Positions 10,014-20,197 of a stretch of 64,000 bases of DNA are shown here, in pieces; positions within the stretch are counted from its first letter, which is position 1, and each line of letters opens with the position of its first letter. The notes beneath the pieces were generated by a model that did not search any database, had not been told where the DNA came from, and was given only the letters and a program-made list of their open reading frames with translations. The DNA comes from Fidelibacterota bacterium (GTDB taxonomy: Bacteria > Fidelibacterota > Marinisomatia > SCGC-AAA003-L08 > JACNLC01): the NCBI GenBank assembly GCA_024277615.1, contig JAJRUW010000054.1:2944-66943 (forward strand), in the 5' to 3' direction. The position numbers were made by a program, and so were the translations under genes.

Positions 10014-11856
10014 TAAAGAAAACAGAAAACCCTCAAGGGATAAGCTCCCCGGTAAACCTGCCCAGGGAGGGATTCAAAAATTCTGGCAGGGATTTAATAA
10101 GAATTTCATCGTATGGGCGGTGATAATCATCACTGCAATCACCATAGCACAGGTCATTTCATCAGAGCCTACCGTTGAACAGGTCTCTTATACCACTTAT
10201 CAGAAATATATAGAAGACGGCCTGGTGGCGAGTGCCCAGATCGTTGGCAATAAATTCATCGGGGAATTTAAGCATCCTATGGAAGAATATTTAGGGGCTG
10301 TCAAGCGCAAATATCAAAAATTCTCTACGGTCCTGCCCTATGTTGACAGTGATGTCACTGCAATTTGGGATAAAAAGGGAATTACCTACGAATTCAAAGA
10401 GCAGACCGCTGATTTCATGGATTATCTGCTGCAGTTTTCCCCCTGGATTCTCCTGATTGTTTTCTGGTTTTATATCATGAAGCGTATGCAGGGGAGTGGC
10501 GGTCAAAGCGGGATTTTCGGTTTTGCCAAAAGCAGGGCCAAGATCATAGCACCCTTCAATCCAAAGATAACTTTTAAAAATGTTGCCGGATGTGATGAAG
10601 CAAAGGTGGAATTACAAGAGATCGTGGAATTCCTGAAAACCCCTAAAAAATTCACCAAACTGGGAGCGAAGATTCCCAAAGGAGCTCTCCTGCTGGGTCC
10701 TCCCGGAACCGGGAAAACCCTTTTGGCAAGGGCCGTTTCAGGTGAGGCAAATGTTCCGTTTTTCAGCATCAGCGGAGCTGAATTTGTGGAGATGTTTGTA
10801 GGCGTGGGGGCCAGCAGAGTACGGGATCTTTTTGATCAGGCGAAACGGAATTCACCGGCTATAATTTTTATCGACGAGATTGATGCCGTGGGTCGTCACC
10901 GAGGCGCCGGATTGGGTGGCGGTCATGACGAGCGGGAACAGACCTTGAACCAGATCCTGGTGGAGATGGATGGATTTGGGACTGATGACAATGTCATCAT
11001 GCTGGCAGCCACAAACCGCCCGGATGTACTGGACAAAGCTCTGCTCAGGCCGGGGCGTTTCGACCGGCAGATCATTGTAGATGTACCCGGCATTGACGGC
11101 CGTGAAGCCATCTTAAAAATTCATGTAAAAAATATCCCTCTCGCCAGGGATGTCAATTTGAGAGATGTTGCCAAAGGTACACCCGGTATGGTAGGGGCCG
11201 ACCTTGAAAATCTCTGTAATGAAGCCGCCCTGCTCGCTGCAAGAAGACAGAAAAATAACGTTAGCATGTCAGATTTCGAAGATGCCAAGGATAAAGTGAT
11301 GATGGGCGTTGAACGCAAAAGTCTGATCATGACACCGGAAGATCGCAAGATCACAGCTTATCACGAATCCGGGCATGCCCTGGTGGCACATTTCACCAAG
11401 GGAGCGGACCCGGTTCACAAAATCACCATTACACCCAGGGGAAGGGCTTTGGGGATCACCTCACAATTGCCTGAAAATGAGAAATATAATTACCGTAAAA
11501 AATATTTACTGGGAAGATTGAATATTCTCATGGGAGGGCGCGCTGCTGAAAAAATTATCTTCAACGATATCTCCACCGGAGCCGGTAACGACATAGAAGT
11601 CGCGACCAGTACCGCCCGGAAGATGGTGTGTGAATGGGGCATGAGCAATCGCATAGGTCCGCTTACTTTCGGCAAAAAAAATGAAGAGGTTTTCCTGGGG
11701 CGCGAGATCTCCCACGCCAGAGATTACAGTGATAATATCTCACATACAATCGATCAGGAAATCTCAAAATTTGTCAAAGATGCCTATGCCAGAGCCCAGG
11801 AAATCCTGACAAAAAATATTGATACTCTGCATCGGCTTGCGGAGACTCTGCTGTAA
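10006..11856 (+). CDS. ftsH: ATP-dependent zinc metalloprotease FtsH, ending at an in-frame TAA; FtsH-like sequence continues in frame to 12054
   Basis: Walker A GPPGTGKT, Walker [12 protein letters not shown] region and HESGHAL zinc site. The ORF stops at ...LAETLL-TAA. The same frame then reads YESISGDEMRKVIKG, which matches the usual FtsH C-terminal helix. Confidence 0.9.
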   Translation: MADKENRKPSRDKLPGKPAQGGIQKFWQGFNKNFIVWAVIIITAITIAQVISSEPTVEQVSYTTYQKYIEDGLVASAQIVGNKFIGEFKHPMEEYLGAVKRKYQKFSTVLPYVDSDVTAIWDKKGITYEFKEQTADFMDYLLQFSPWILLIVFWFYIMKRMQGSGGQSGIFGFAKSRAKIIAPFNPKITFKNVAGCDEAKVELQEIVEFLKTPKKFTKLGAKIPKGALLLGPPGTGKTLLARAVSGEANVPFFSISGAEFVEMFVGVGASRVRDLFDQAKRNSPAIIFIDEIDAVGRHRGAGLGGGHDEREQTLNQILVEMDGFGTDDNVIMLAATNRPDVLDKALLRPGRFDRQIIVDVPGIDGREAILKIHVKNIPLARDVNLRDVAKGTPGMVGADLENLCNEAALLAARRQKNNVSMSDFEDAKDKVMMGVERKSLIMTPEDRKITAYHESGHALVAHFTKGADPVHKITITPRGRALGITSQLPENEKYNYRKKYLLGRLNILMGGRAAEKIIFNDISTGAGNDIEVATSTARKMVCEWGMSNRIGPLTFGKKNEEVFLGREISHARDYSDNISHTIDQEISKFVKDAYARAQEILTKNIDTLHRLAETLL

Positions 11857-12037
11857 TATGAATCCATCAGCGGTGATGAAATGCGGAAGGTGATCAAGGG
11901 TGAGCCAATTGAGCGGAAAACAAAAACTTCCAACAGACCGACCAGGAGAAGGCCCAGACGTCGTTCCACAACTGCAAAAAAGACTGAAGAAAACAAGAGC
12001 ACTCAGCATCGGAAATTACCCCCGATTGTAGGGATCA

Positions 12038-12859
12038 GTGAAGGCAATTCATAAGCTTTTTTCCCGGGACCGCCCTCTCGTGATGGGCATCCTGAATTTA
12101 ACACCGGATTCCTTTTATGACGGTGGAAAATTTACCCGAAAAGAGCAGATAAAAAAACGAGTTTTGCAGATGGTGGCCGCCGGAGCCGATATAATCGATG
12201 TCGGCGGTGAATCCTCACGCCCCGGTGCAGAAGAGGTGGCGGAAAGTATAGAGCTGGAGCGAATTTCGCCCCTTTTCGATATGGTGAGTGCATTGGATGT
12301 ACCATTTTCCATTGATACTTATAAACCGACGGTTGCAAGGGCTGCCCTTGAGCACGGATTCGCCATCATTAACGATATCACCGGTGGCGGAGAGCGGGGT
12401 GAAATGTTTGAACTGGCTGATGATCTTGGAGTGCCCGTCATCATCATGCACATGCAGGGGACGCCCAGGACCATGCAGCAAAATCCGGTGTACAAAGATG
12501 TTATCGAAACTCTCCTGAAGTATTTTTCCGGAAAGATTGCCCTGGCGAAAAAGCTGGGGCTAAGTGACGAACAGATCATTCTTGATCCCGGAATCGGGTT
12601 TGGGAAACGTGTCCCGGATAATGACTGCATTCTGATGAAACTGGAAAAAATCCGGGAACTTGGGTACCCGGTTTTAGTGGGCGCATCCCGCAAATCATTT
12701 CTGGCAGTGGAAGGTGAGCCCCCTGAAGAAAGACTGGCAGTCAGTATGGCCGCCCTCGCGGTTGCCGCTTTAAAAGGAGCGAACATTCTGAGAGTTCATG
12801 ATGTGAAAGAAAGTGTTAAATGCGTTAAATTTATACATCGGTTAAAACAAATAAATTAG
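12038..12859 (+). CDS. folP: Dihydropteroate synthase
   Basis: Motifs MGILNLTPDSFYDGG, DIIDVGGESSRPG, SIDTYK, DPGIGFGK and GASRKSF. The start is either GTG 12038 or ATG 12083. Confidence 0.9.
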   Translation: MKAIHKLFSRDRPLVMGILNLTPDSFYDGGKFTRKEQIKKRVLQMVAAGADIIDVGGESSRPGAEEVAESIELERISPLFDMVSALDVPFSIDTYKPTVARAALEHGFAIINDITGGGERGEMFELADDLGVPVIIMHMQGTPRTMQQNPVYKDVIETLLKYFSGKIALAKKLGLSDEQIILDPGIGFGKRVPDNDCILMKLEKIRELGYPVLVGASRKSFLAVEGEPPEERLAVSMAALAVAALKGANILRVHDVKESVKCVKFIHRLKQIN

Positions 12860-12988
12860 AATTAAACCCGTGACCGGCCGCGTATCCGGAATTTAAAGGC
12901 CTGCACTGCGGAATCGAAAAGAACTGTCTCGTCCGGTGTGAAGTATGTAGAGACGGAATAAACAGGAATACCCGAATAGGAAATTTAA

Positions 12989-13489
12989 ATGAGTAAAAAA
13001 TTCAAATACAATCTAATCTGGCTCTTGGTCATTTTTTCATTTACAGCAGGTCAAACCTTTGATGAGATGAAATCGACTGTCAAACAGAATAATTACAGCG
13101 CCAGCTATGTAATTCCCTCTTCATCCGGGATCAGCATGGCCGTGAATGTCTGGGGTGAAGTGCGTGCACCGGGACAGTACCTCATCCCTTACTCCATCAA
13201 TCTGGATATCGTTTCTCTCCTCTCACAGGCCGGAGGTCCTACCTCAAATGCCAAGTTGAGCAAGGTTATACTCCTGCGTGAAACTGATGATGCGGGAGAA
13301 CAGCAGAAAATAATTGTCGATCTGAAAGAATTCACCAAAACCGGGGATCGCAGCAAACTGCCAACATTGCAGCCCAATGACACAATCATTATCCTGCCTA
13401 CTTTCTGGAACAGGGTAAAGAGCGGAACGGCCTGGGTGGATATCCTGTATCGTTTTGCCACCATCTATTTACTGATCACGCGGTATTAA
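12989..13489 (+). CDS. Small secreted SLBB-domain protein (polysaccharide-export / Wza-like soluble ligand-binding fold)
   Basis: Signal-like N-terminus, then VNVWGEVRAPGQYLIP...LDIVSLLSQAGGPT...NDTIIILP, the beta-grasp SLBB pattern. Confidence 0.5.
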   Translation: MSKKFKYNLIWLLVIFSFTAGQTFDEMKSTVKQNNYSASYVIPSSSGISMAVNVWGEVRAPGQYLIPYSINLDIVSLLSQAGGPTSNAKLSKVILLRETDDAGEQQKIIVDLKEFTKTGDRSKLPTLQPNDTIIILPTFWNRVKSGTAWVDILYRFATIYLLITRY

Positions 13490-13493
13490 AATT

Positions 13494-14595
13494 ATGGACC
13501 TTACAACATTGAACGAACAATTCGAAGCAGCCAGGAAAAAATATCTTGAGCTACGGGGGTATCTTTGATTGGGATAAACTGAATACCCAGCTTGCCGAAC
13601 TGCAAAAATTCACTCTGGCCCCGGGGTTTTGGGAAGATAACAAACGGGCGCAGACCATTCAGAAAAAGATCAGTCTCATTGAGCATGAAATGGCCATGTG
13701 GCAGGAACTTGAGGAGCGCTCTGCAGAAGTTGAATTGCATTTCGAATTAATCGGTGAAGGGGAAGCCCCGGACCCCGATATCGAAAATGCCCTCACCGGG
13801 TTCGTTGATTATCTTAACATGGTGGAAATCAGGAAAATGCTGAACGGACCGGATGATCACCGGGGTGCAATTTTAGCAATCCATCCAGGCGCAGGGGGGA
13901 CCGAGTCCCAGGACTGGGCCAACATGCTCTACAGACTTTATACCCGCTGGTGTGAGCGACAGTCCTTCAGCACGAAAATTCTTGATTTTCAGCCCGGCGA
14001 CTAGGCCGGTATCAAAGATGTGTCGCTGGAAATTACGGGTGAATACGCATATGGTTATCTCAAAGCGGATGCGGGCGTTCACCGGCTGGTCCGCATTTCA
14101 CCTTTTGACAGCAACTCCCGCCGCCATACGTCCTTTGCTTCGGTCTTTGTTTATCCGTTGATCGATGATGATATTGAAATCGAGATTGACGAGAAAGATC
14201 TACGCATTGACACCTACAGAGCCAGCGGTGCCGGTGGTCAGCACGTGAATAAAACGGATTCCGCCATTCGCATCACACATCTCCCCACCGGTACGGTAGT
14301 GCAATGTCAGAACGAACGCAGTCAGTTGAAAAACAAGCATCAGGCGATGAAAATTCTAAAGGCCAGACTCTATAAACTCAAACAGGAAGAACAGGCGAAA
14401 GAAAAACAAGTTCTGGAAGACCAGAAAATGGATATCGGCTGGGGCAGCCAGATCAGGTCCTACGTCTTTCACACCTACAACCTCGTAAAAGATCACCGCA
14501 CAAAAGAAGAAACGAGTAACATTCAGGCCGTAATGGACGGGGACATCAATCGCTTCATCCGCAAATATTTACTCATGAATATGGAGAAAAAATAA
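13494..14595 (+). CDS. prfB: Peptide chain release factor 2, with a programmed +1 frameshift at 13563-13569 and an in-frame TAG at 14002-14004
   Basis: Frame 0 reads [24 protein letters not shown] then TGA. The +1 frame continues [12 protein letters not shown]. Downstream are the SPF tripeptide (RISPFDS) and GGQ ([11 protein letters not shown]). A TAG interrupts GD-*-AGIKDV. Confidence 0.85.
13551..13569 (+). other. RF2 autoregulatory +1 frameshift site (SD-like CGGGGG, spacer TAT, slippery CTT TGA T)
   Basis: The sequence CGGGGGTATCTTTGAT matches the canonical prfB recoding cassette AGGGGGTATCTTTGAC. Confidence 0.85.
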
Positions 14596-14596
14596 C

Positions 14597-16087
14597 TTGT
14601 CACAGGATCACAGAAGTTTACAGCAAATTATTGATTTTCGGTTGCAAAAATTAGCCCGGATCCGGGCGGCGGGATACGATCCCTATCCCTACAAGTTTGA
14701 CGCGGACACACGGGTTGCATCCATCCATAAGGCGGGAGATGACATGGTGGGCAGCCGGGTTTCAATTGCCGGCAGGCTGGTCTCCCTGCGTAAAATGGGG
14801 AAGGCGAGTTTTGCCCATATTCAGGATAAGAGTGGGAAACAGCAGGTTTATATTAAAAGAGACGATGTGGGCGTCGATCTGTACAACAATCTCTTTAAAA
14901 ATCTGGATATCGGAGACATTATCGGTGTACGGGGCGATATTTTCAGAACCAAAACCGGAGAACTCACTGTGCATGTTGAGGACCTGATACTCCTGGCTAA
15001 AAGCATTCGTCCATTACCGAATCTGAAAGAAAAGGACGGACAGGCCTTCAACGAATTCGACGATAAAGAACTCCGCTATCGGCAGCGGCACCTGGATTTT
15101 ATCACCAACCCGGAAGTAAAAATAATCTTCAGGCAGCGGGCGGCCATTATTCGGTCGGTGCTGAATTTTTTCGACACCAGAGAATTTGTGGAAGTAGAAA
15201 CACCGGCTCTTCAACCGATCTATGGGGGTGCTTCCGCCAGACCTTTTATAACTTATCATAACACTCTGGAGCAGAAACTATATCTACGCATCGCAGATGA
15301 GCTTTATCTGAAACGTCTGATTATCGGAGGATTTGAAAAGGTATATGAATTAGCAAAGAACTTCCGTAATGAGGGCATGGACAGAAATCATAACCCGGAA
15401 TATACTTCGCTGGAATTCTATGAGGCCTATCGGGATCTGTTTGATATGATGGAACTGACTGAGAAACTCTTCAAAACAGCTGCAGCGGTCATAGGCAAGA
15501 ACAAATTCGATTTTGCCGGCAATACAATCAATTTGGCGGCGGCTTTCGAGCGCAAATCTATGTTCGAACTGCTCGATGAAAAGACCGGTGAGACCATTGA
15601 AAAAATGAGTGTGCAGCAACTTCTGGAGTATGTAAAATCTCTGAAACTGGAAGTATCTCCCAAAATGAATTACGGACAGCTTCTCGATAAACTCTTTGGC
15701 GAGTTGATCGAACCCGACCTCGTACAGCCCACCTTTGTTTACGACTACCCCAAAGCCATATCACCTCTGGCAAAAGTTAAACGCAACAGTGACGGGACCC
15801 TGGTTGAGCGTTTTGAACTGTTCATCGGGGGAATGGAGTTTGCTAATTCTTTTAGTGAGCTCACCGATCCTATTGATCAGCGGCAGCGGCTGGAAGCGCA
15901 GGCCAAACTCAGAGAACTGGGAGACGAAGAAGCCCAGGTAGTTGATGAGAACTTCCTCCAGGCACTGGAAGTTGGCATGCCTCAGACGGGAGGTGTGGGA
16001 GTTGGTGTGGATCGGCTGGTCATGCTGCTCACTGAACAGAATTCCATCAAAGACGTAATCTTATTCCCCGCCCTGCGACAATTATAA
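14597..16087 (+). CDS. lysS: Lysine--tRNA ligase (class II)
   Basis: 496 aa with an OB-fold N-domain and class II motifs (FRNEG, GGVGVGVDRL). TTG start. Confidence 0.95.
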   Translation: MSQDHRSLQQIIDFRLQKLARIRAAGYDPYPYKFDADTRVASIHKAGDDMVGSRVSIAGRLVSLRKMGKASFAHIQDKSGKQQVYIKRDDVGVDLYNNLFKNLDIGDIIGVRGDIFRTKTGELTVHVEDLILLAKSIRPLPNLKEKDGQAFNEFDDKELRYRQRHLDFITNPEVKIIFRQRAAIIRSVLNFFDTREFVEVETPALQPIYGGASARPFITYHNTLEQKLYLRIADELYLKRLIIGGFEKVYELAKNFRNEGMDRNHNPEYTSLEFYEAYRDLFDMMELTEKLFKTAAAVIGKNKFDFAGNTINLAAAFERKSMFELLDEKTGETIEKMSVQQLLEYVKSLKLEVSPKMNYGQLLDKLFGELIEPDLVQPTFVYDYPKAISPLAKVKRNSDGTLVERFELFIGGMEFANSFSELTDPIDQRQRLEAQAKLRELGDEEAQVVDENFLQALEVGMPQTGGVGVGVDRLVMLLTEQNSIKDVILFPALRQL

Positions 16088-16130
16088 TTGTCTCTCGAGC
16101 CGGACACCCGCCTGTCTGATTTTGAGATTT

Positions 16131-17576
16131 TCAGTTTTGTCCTAACGGCTGCTCAGCGAAAAAATCATAATGAGATAGTTTGCGGATCTCATAATATCTG
16201 ATCCAGAATTTTTTAAGTGTCTGAAAAAAAGTTCTCCGGGCGGCATCTTTTCCCCGCTGGGCATAGAAGAGATTGGTGATGTCGATCTTACCGATGAGAT
16301 AACGGTTTTTTGCAACCTTAAATTGCAAATTGGCCACGGTGTCCGCCCTGGCTGCAATCACCAGCTGACGCTTTAAAAGCTCGAACTCACGTAAAGTGTA
16401 TTCCGATTGCTGCTCGAATAATTGTTCATTATTTTTTGTGGAGATTCTAACCTGTTCCCGTACTGCACGGCTACTGAGCAGCCTGGCGTTGGAGACACCC
16501 TGATTCAGTGGAATATCCAGGCTTAGCGTCACATTCTCCCGGTCAAGAGGGTTATCATACAGCGATCCGATGACATCTGCCGTCTGGTTAAAACCGAGGC
16601 TGGCAGATAAATTAGCCGAAAAGAAACGCCCTGATTGGGTGCGCTTTAGATTTTTTTCGGCTTCCACATTCTGCAGTTCGTTTGAGATGTAAGAGCTGTG
16701 GTTCTTTCTGATGAATGCCAGAGCCCTTTGGAGATCAAGGTGAAAATCAGGGATTTCCTGGGGTGGAACAATGATAAGGGAGTCCTGTGCGCCAAGACCC
16801 ATTGCCAGTTTCAGGTCCGTATAGGCAAATGCCATATCCAGGCGGGATTGTTCGAGAGCTGTCCGGGCATTCATGAGTGCCAGTTCGGATTGCAAGAGGT
16901 CATCTTCGGCAATTTTCCCCACCGTATAACGACCGGAAGAAATGGTGTAAATGGTGTCATTAACCGCCGTATTGAAGGTTGCGATCTCGACTTCCGCTGC
17001 CGCCAGGTAGTAATTGAAAAATTTTTGGGTTATCTCAATGGAAACATCTTCGAGTGCCTCGTCATATTTGCGCTTACTCAGTTCGAAGTCGAGGCGTTCC
17101 GTTTTTGCCGACCAAGCCAGTGTATTGAATTTGAACAGAGGTTGATTGATCCCCACTACGATGGGTGAGGCCTGCCAGTAAAATGTATGTGTGTCTCCGA
17201 ACAGATCGATCCGACTGATTGAGGAAGATGCAAACAGCGAACCGCCCAGAGGCAGAATTTCCTGGGTAACAGAAAGATTAAGGCTGGAATAAGCCTGATT
17301 CTGTGTTGTAAACTGGACGCTGCCATCGGGCTGAACCACGCTGTTGATGGAACGGGTAAAATCAGGCAGAGTGGACTGAAGACCGATCTGAGGTTTCAGT
17401 GTTGCGCTGAAGGCGGCGTACTTCCATCGCCCGGATTCGAATTCCTGTTTTGCAATCCGGGCTGACGGACTGCGCTGTTTTGCCATATTGATGCAGCCTT
17501 CGAGCGTAAGATTGTAAATTTCTTCTGCAGAACAATACAGATTAAGAAGTACACAAATGCTTATGAAAAGTTTCAT
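16131..17576 (-). CDS. TolC-family outer-membrane efflux protein
   Basis: 481 aa with a signal peptide and two OEP repeats of coiled-coil character. It is the last gene of the adaptor-permease-OMP operon. Confidence 0.8.
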   Translation of the reverse strand: MKLFISICVLLNLYCSAEEIYNLTLEGCINMAKQRSPSARIAKQEFESGRWKYAAFSATLKPQIGLQSTLPDFTRSINSVVQPDGSVQFTTQNQAYSSLNLSVTQEILPLGGSLFASSSISRIDLFGDTHTFYWQASPIVVGINQPLFKFNTLAWSAKTERLDFELSKRKYDEALEDVSIEITQKFFNYYLAAAEVEIATFNTAVNDTIYTISSGRYTVGKIAEDDLLQSELALMNARTALEQSRLDMAFAYTDLKLAMGLGAQDSLIIVPPQEIPDFHLDLQRALAFIRKNHSSYISNELQNVEAEKNLKRTQSGRFFSANLSASLGFNQTADVIGSLYDNPLDRENVTLSLDIPLNQGVSNARLLSSRAVREQVRISTKNNEQLFEQQSEYTLREFELLKRQLVIAARADTVANLQFKVAKNRYLIGKIDITNLFYAQRGKDAARRTFFQTLKKFWIRYYEIRKLSHYDFFAEQPLGQN

Positions 17577-17600
17577 GGGGATACCTGATTTTCAATACAA

Positions 17601-18950
17601 TTAATCATGCCGGAGCAACACTACCGGGTCCTGGGCAGCTGCTTTCTGAGCTGGATAAATACCGAAGATCAGCCCGACTGAAATGGAGACAAGGAAAGAC
17701 AAGGCGACGGACATGGGGGAGATGAGCGTTTCGATCTCGGTGGACTTTTCAATAGCATAACAAAACAGAAAGCCCAGCAGGATACCGCAGATCCCGCCGG
17801 TGACGGTCAGTGTAACGGATTCATTGATAAATTGCAGGATGATATCCCTGCGGGAAGCACCGAGTGACTGACGCAGCCCGATTTCTTTGATCCGGTCCAG
17901 AACCGAAGCCAGCATGATGTTCATAACTCCGATGCCGCCCACCATCAGCGATATTGAAGCAATTGCACCCAGTACAAAATTGAATATCCGTTTGGTTTTC
18001 TGCTCCTGTTGTATGAGAAGTTCCGGAATTGTGATCTCGTAATCAACCACATTGTTATGCCGCCGTTTGAGCATCCGGTTGACAATCTCGGAAACCGGGG
18101 TCGTATATTTGTTCTGATCGACGTGCACTATAATTTTATCAAGCTGATTGTAATTCTCACTACCGGTTTCCCTGGATGTCGCACTGACTTGAAAACCACC
18201 CATACGCATGGAACGGGATGCTATCTGCGCCGGTGTCAGCTTACCGCGGTTCTCATAACGCAGCAGAACGGTCTTAATAGGTGTGTAAATGTCCATGTTA
18301 TAGTCCCGCAGTCCGAGTTTTTTAACTTCGCGGCCGGTAACGCTGATATTTTCCAGTACACCAACAACTTTGAGCCAGTTCTGTCCGCATTTGATCCGTT
18401 TTCCCAGCGGAACTTCACCGGTAAAAAAGCGGGTTTTGATTCCGCTGCCGATGATACAGACAGGCAGGGAATTCTCCAGCTGATATTGGCTGAATGCTGA
18501 TCCATCGGCGATTTTAAAATTTTTGACTTCAAAGTAATTCCGGTCGATTCCCACCAGTTTTCCGGTTCGTTTCAATCCGTTCCGGATTACCAGTGATTCC
18601 AGGATGATCTCAGAACTGACGAACTTCACATGTGGAACAGCAGCGGCAATATTATCGGCGTCAGCCAGGGTTAAGCCCGGCGTAAAAGGACGCTTCTCAT
18701 ATTTTTTTTCTTCTTCCGCCTGAACGTTTCCTTCGGATTGCAGTGTGTTCGGGGAAATTACCAGATTATTGGTACCCAGCAATTTCATTTGTTCCAGAAT
18801 GACCTTTTCAGCGCCTGCACCGATTGCGAGCATGGCAATGACGGAGGCTACACCGAAAATAATCCCCAGAGAGGTCAAAAAGGCACGCAGTTTATTGTGC
18901 AGAATTGCCTCTATGGCAATTGAAAAACTGTGGAGAAACTTGGCCAGCAT
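17601..18950 (-). CDS. ABC transporter permease, MacB/FtsX family (no fused ATPase domain)
   Basis: 449 aa: an N-terminal TM helix, a large periplasmic MacB_PCD-like domain, then a C-terminal FtsX 3-TM bundle (GIGVMNIMLASVLDRIKEIGLRQSLGA). Confidence 0.85.
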   Translation of the reverse strand: MLAKFLHSFSIAIEAILHNKLRAFLTSLGIIFGVASVIAMLAIGAGAEKVILEQMKLLGTNNLVISPNTLQSEGNVQAEEEKKYEKRPFTPGLTLADADNIAAAVPHVKFVSSEIILESLVIRNGLKRTGKLVGIDRNYFEVKNFKIADGSAFSQYQLENSLPVCIIGSGIKTRFFTGEVPLGKRIKCGQNWLKVVGVLENISVTGREVKKLGLRDYNMDIYTPIKTVLLRYENRGKLTPAQIASRSMRMGGFQVSATSRETGSENYNQLDKIIVHVDQNKYTTPVSEIVNRMLKRRHNNVVDYEITIPELLIQQEQKTKRIFNFVLGAIASISLMVGGIGVMNIMLASVLDRIKEIGLRQSLGASRRDIILQFINESVTLTVTGGICGILLGFLFCYAIEKSTEIETLISPMSVALSFLVSISVGLIFGIYPAQKAAAQDPVVLLRHD

Positions 18951-20197
18951 CAGTCTGTCAGCCGCTGCAATTTGAGCTCTTCAGTTTTCTCAGGAACCGA
19001 TAAAAATATTTCATCATCCTTGTTGAGTCCGGCCTGAATAATCGCAGATGTATCATTCAGCAAGCCTCTTTTGATCTCCTGTTTGACAACCTGACCGTCT
19101 GTTTTTTTATAGACAATCGCCAGGGAATCCAAAGTATGGATACATTCCAGCGGAATAAAAAGCACTGAGTCCAGTCGTGCAACCTCAATCCTGTTGCTGG
19201 TTGTCATTGAGGGGCGTAGTGTCGTATCTGATTCCAGTATCTCAATTTTCACTTCAAATACTTTGGAGTCTGAATTCGGCCGCTGCTCACCGATATTGGC
19301 CACATGTGTGACGGTGCCGGTAAGCTTTTTAGAGGGCTCAGCATCGAGTGAGACATCGACGCTCTGCCCGATCTGAATTTTCTGAATATCGACTTCATTG
19401 ACATAAGTGAGAGATTCCATTACCGACAGGTCAGGGAGTGTGGCCACAACAGGGTCCCAGCCGCTCACAGTAGATCCCACAACTTTCTTTTTACCGTTCC
19501 ATTCCCGGGCATAGATCACCATTCCGTTTTCGGGAGCCGTAATAGTGAAATCATCCAGCAGCTCCAAATAGCTCTCATGACGTTTTTTTTCTTTGGCGTA
19601 GTCAGCCTCCACGACTTTAATTTTTTCTATGGCCTGCCGGACTTTAGTCTCATAATTTTTTCGGGCCTGAACCAGCGCCCGCTCTGCTTTTTCAAGTTCA
19701 ATCCCGGCCTGCCTTTGAATGGCGGGCGCTTCGAAGCTTGACTGATCCACCAAAAGTTGTTTCTGTTCCAGATTATACTGCAGGTTGATAATATCATTTC
19801 GGGATATGGAAAGTGTGAGAGAGGAATCCAGTTTGGCCTGGATTAACTGTGATTCAAGTTTGTTCAGGTTGATCTGAGATTCCTGAATTGTATTGTCCAA
19901 CTCCGATTTATCCAGACTGGCCACGAAATCGCCGGCTTTAACGATGGTTCCTTCCGGTACGAGATCGGCAATCTGCATATTCCAGATCCTGGCACGTCTG
20001 GCATTGTCCGGACCGCGCACCGATGTAGAGTTTTTAGCCTGCAGTTCACCGGTAGTTGTGACATCCACAATAAAGGTTCCGAACCGGGGTTTGATCAATA
20101 TACCATTCCTGACGACGGTTTCCCGGCTCAGGCGGATAGTGAAAAACAAGATGAGTACACCGATGATTGCCGCCGGAATCAGATATTTCTTTTTCAT
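18950..20197 (-). CDS. Efflux periplasmic adaptor (HlyD/MacA membrane-fusion family)
   Basis: 415 aa with an N-terminal anchor, lipoyl and coiled-coil hairpin regions and a beta-barrel domain. It overlaps the permease start by 1 nt. Confidence 0.85.
   Translation of the reverse strand: MKKKYLIPAAIIGVLILFFTIRLSRETVVRNGILIKPRFGTFIVDVTTTGELQAKNSTSVRGPDNARRARIWNMQIADLVPEGTIVKAGDFVASLDKSELDNTIQESQINLNKLESQLIQAKLDSSLTLSISRNDIINLQYNLEQKQLLVDQSSFEAPAIQRQAGIELEKAERALVQARKNYETKVRQAIEKIKVVEADYAKEKKRHESYLELLDDFTITAPENGMVIYAREWNGKKKVVGSTVSGWDPVVATLPDLSVMESLTYVNEVDIQKIQIGQSVDVSLDAEPSKKLTGTVTHVANIGEQRPNSDSKVFEVKIEILESDTTLRPSMTTSNRIEVARLDSVLFIPLECIHTLDSLAIVYKKTDGQVVKQEIKRGLLNDTSAIIQAGLNKDDEIFLSVPEKTEELKLQRLTD

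Noticed and set aside
11854-14004. The idea that TAA or TAG is reassigned to a sense codon in this organism.
   Set aside because: TAG ends PdxS exactly at its conserved ERGW C-terminus, and also ends the GAPDH-like gene, the free rpiB and the Trm112-like ORF. TAA ends cpsB, the MBL gene, tilS and folP. TGA ends many others. The standard bacterial code fits every gene except the two single sites.
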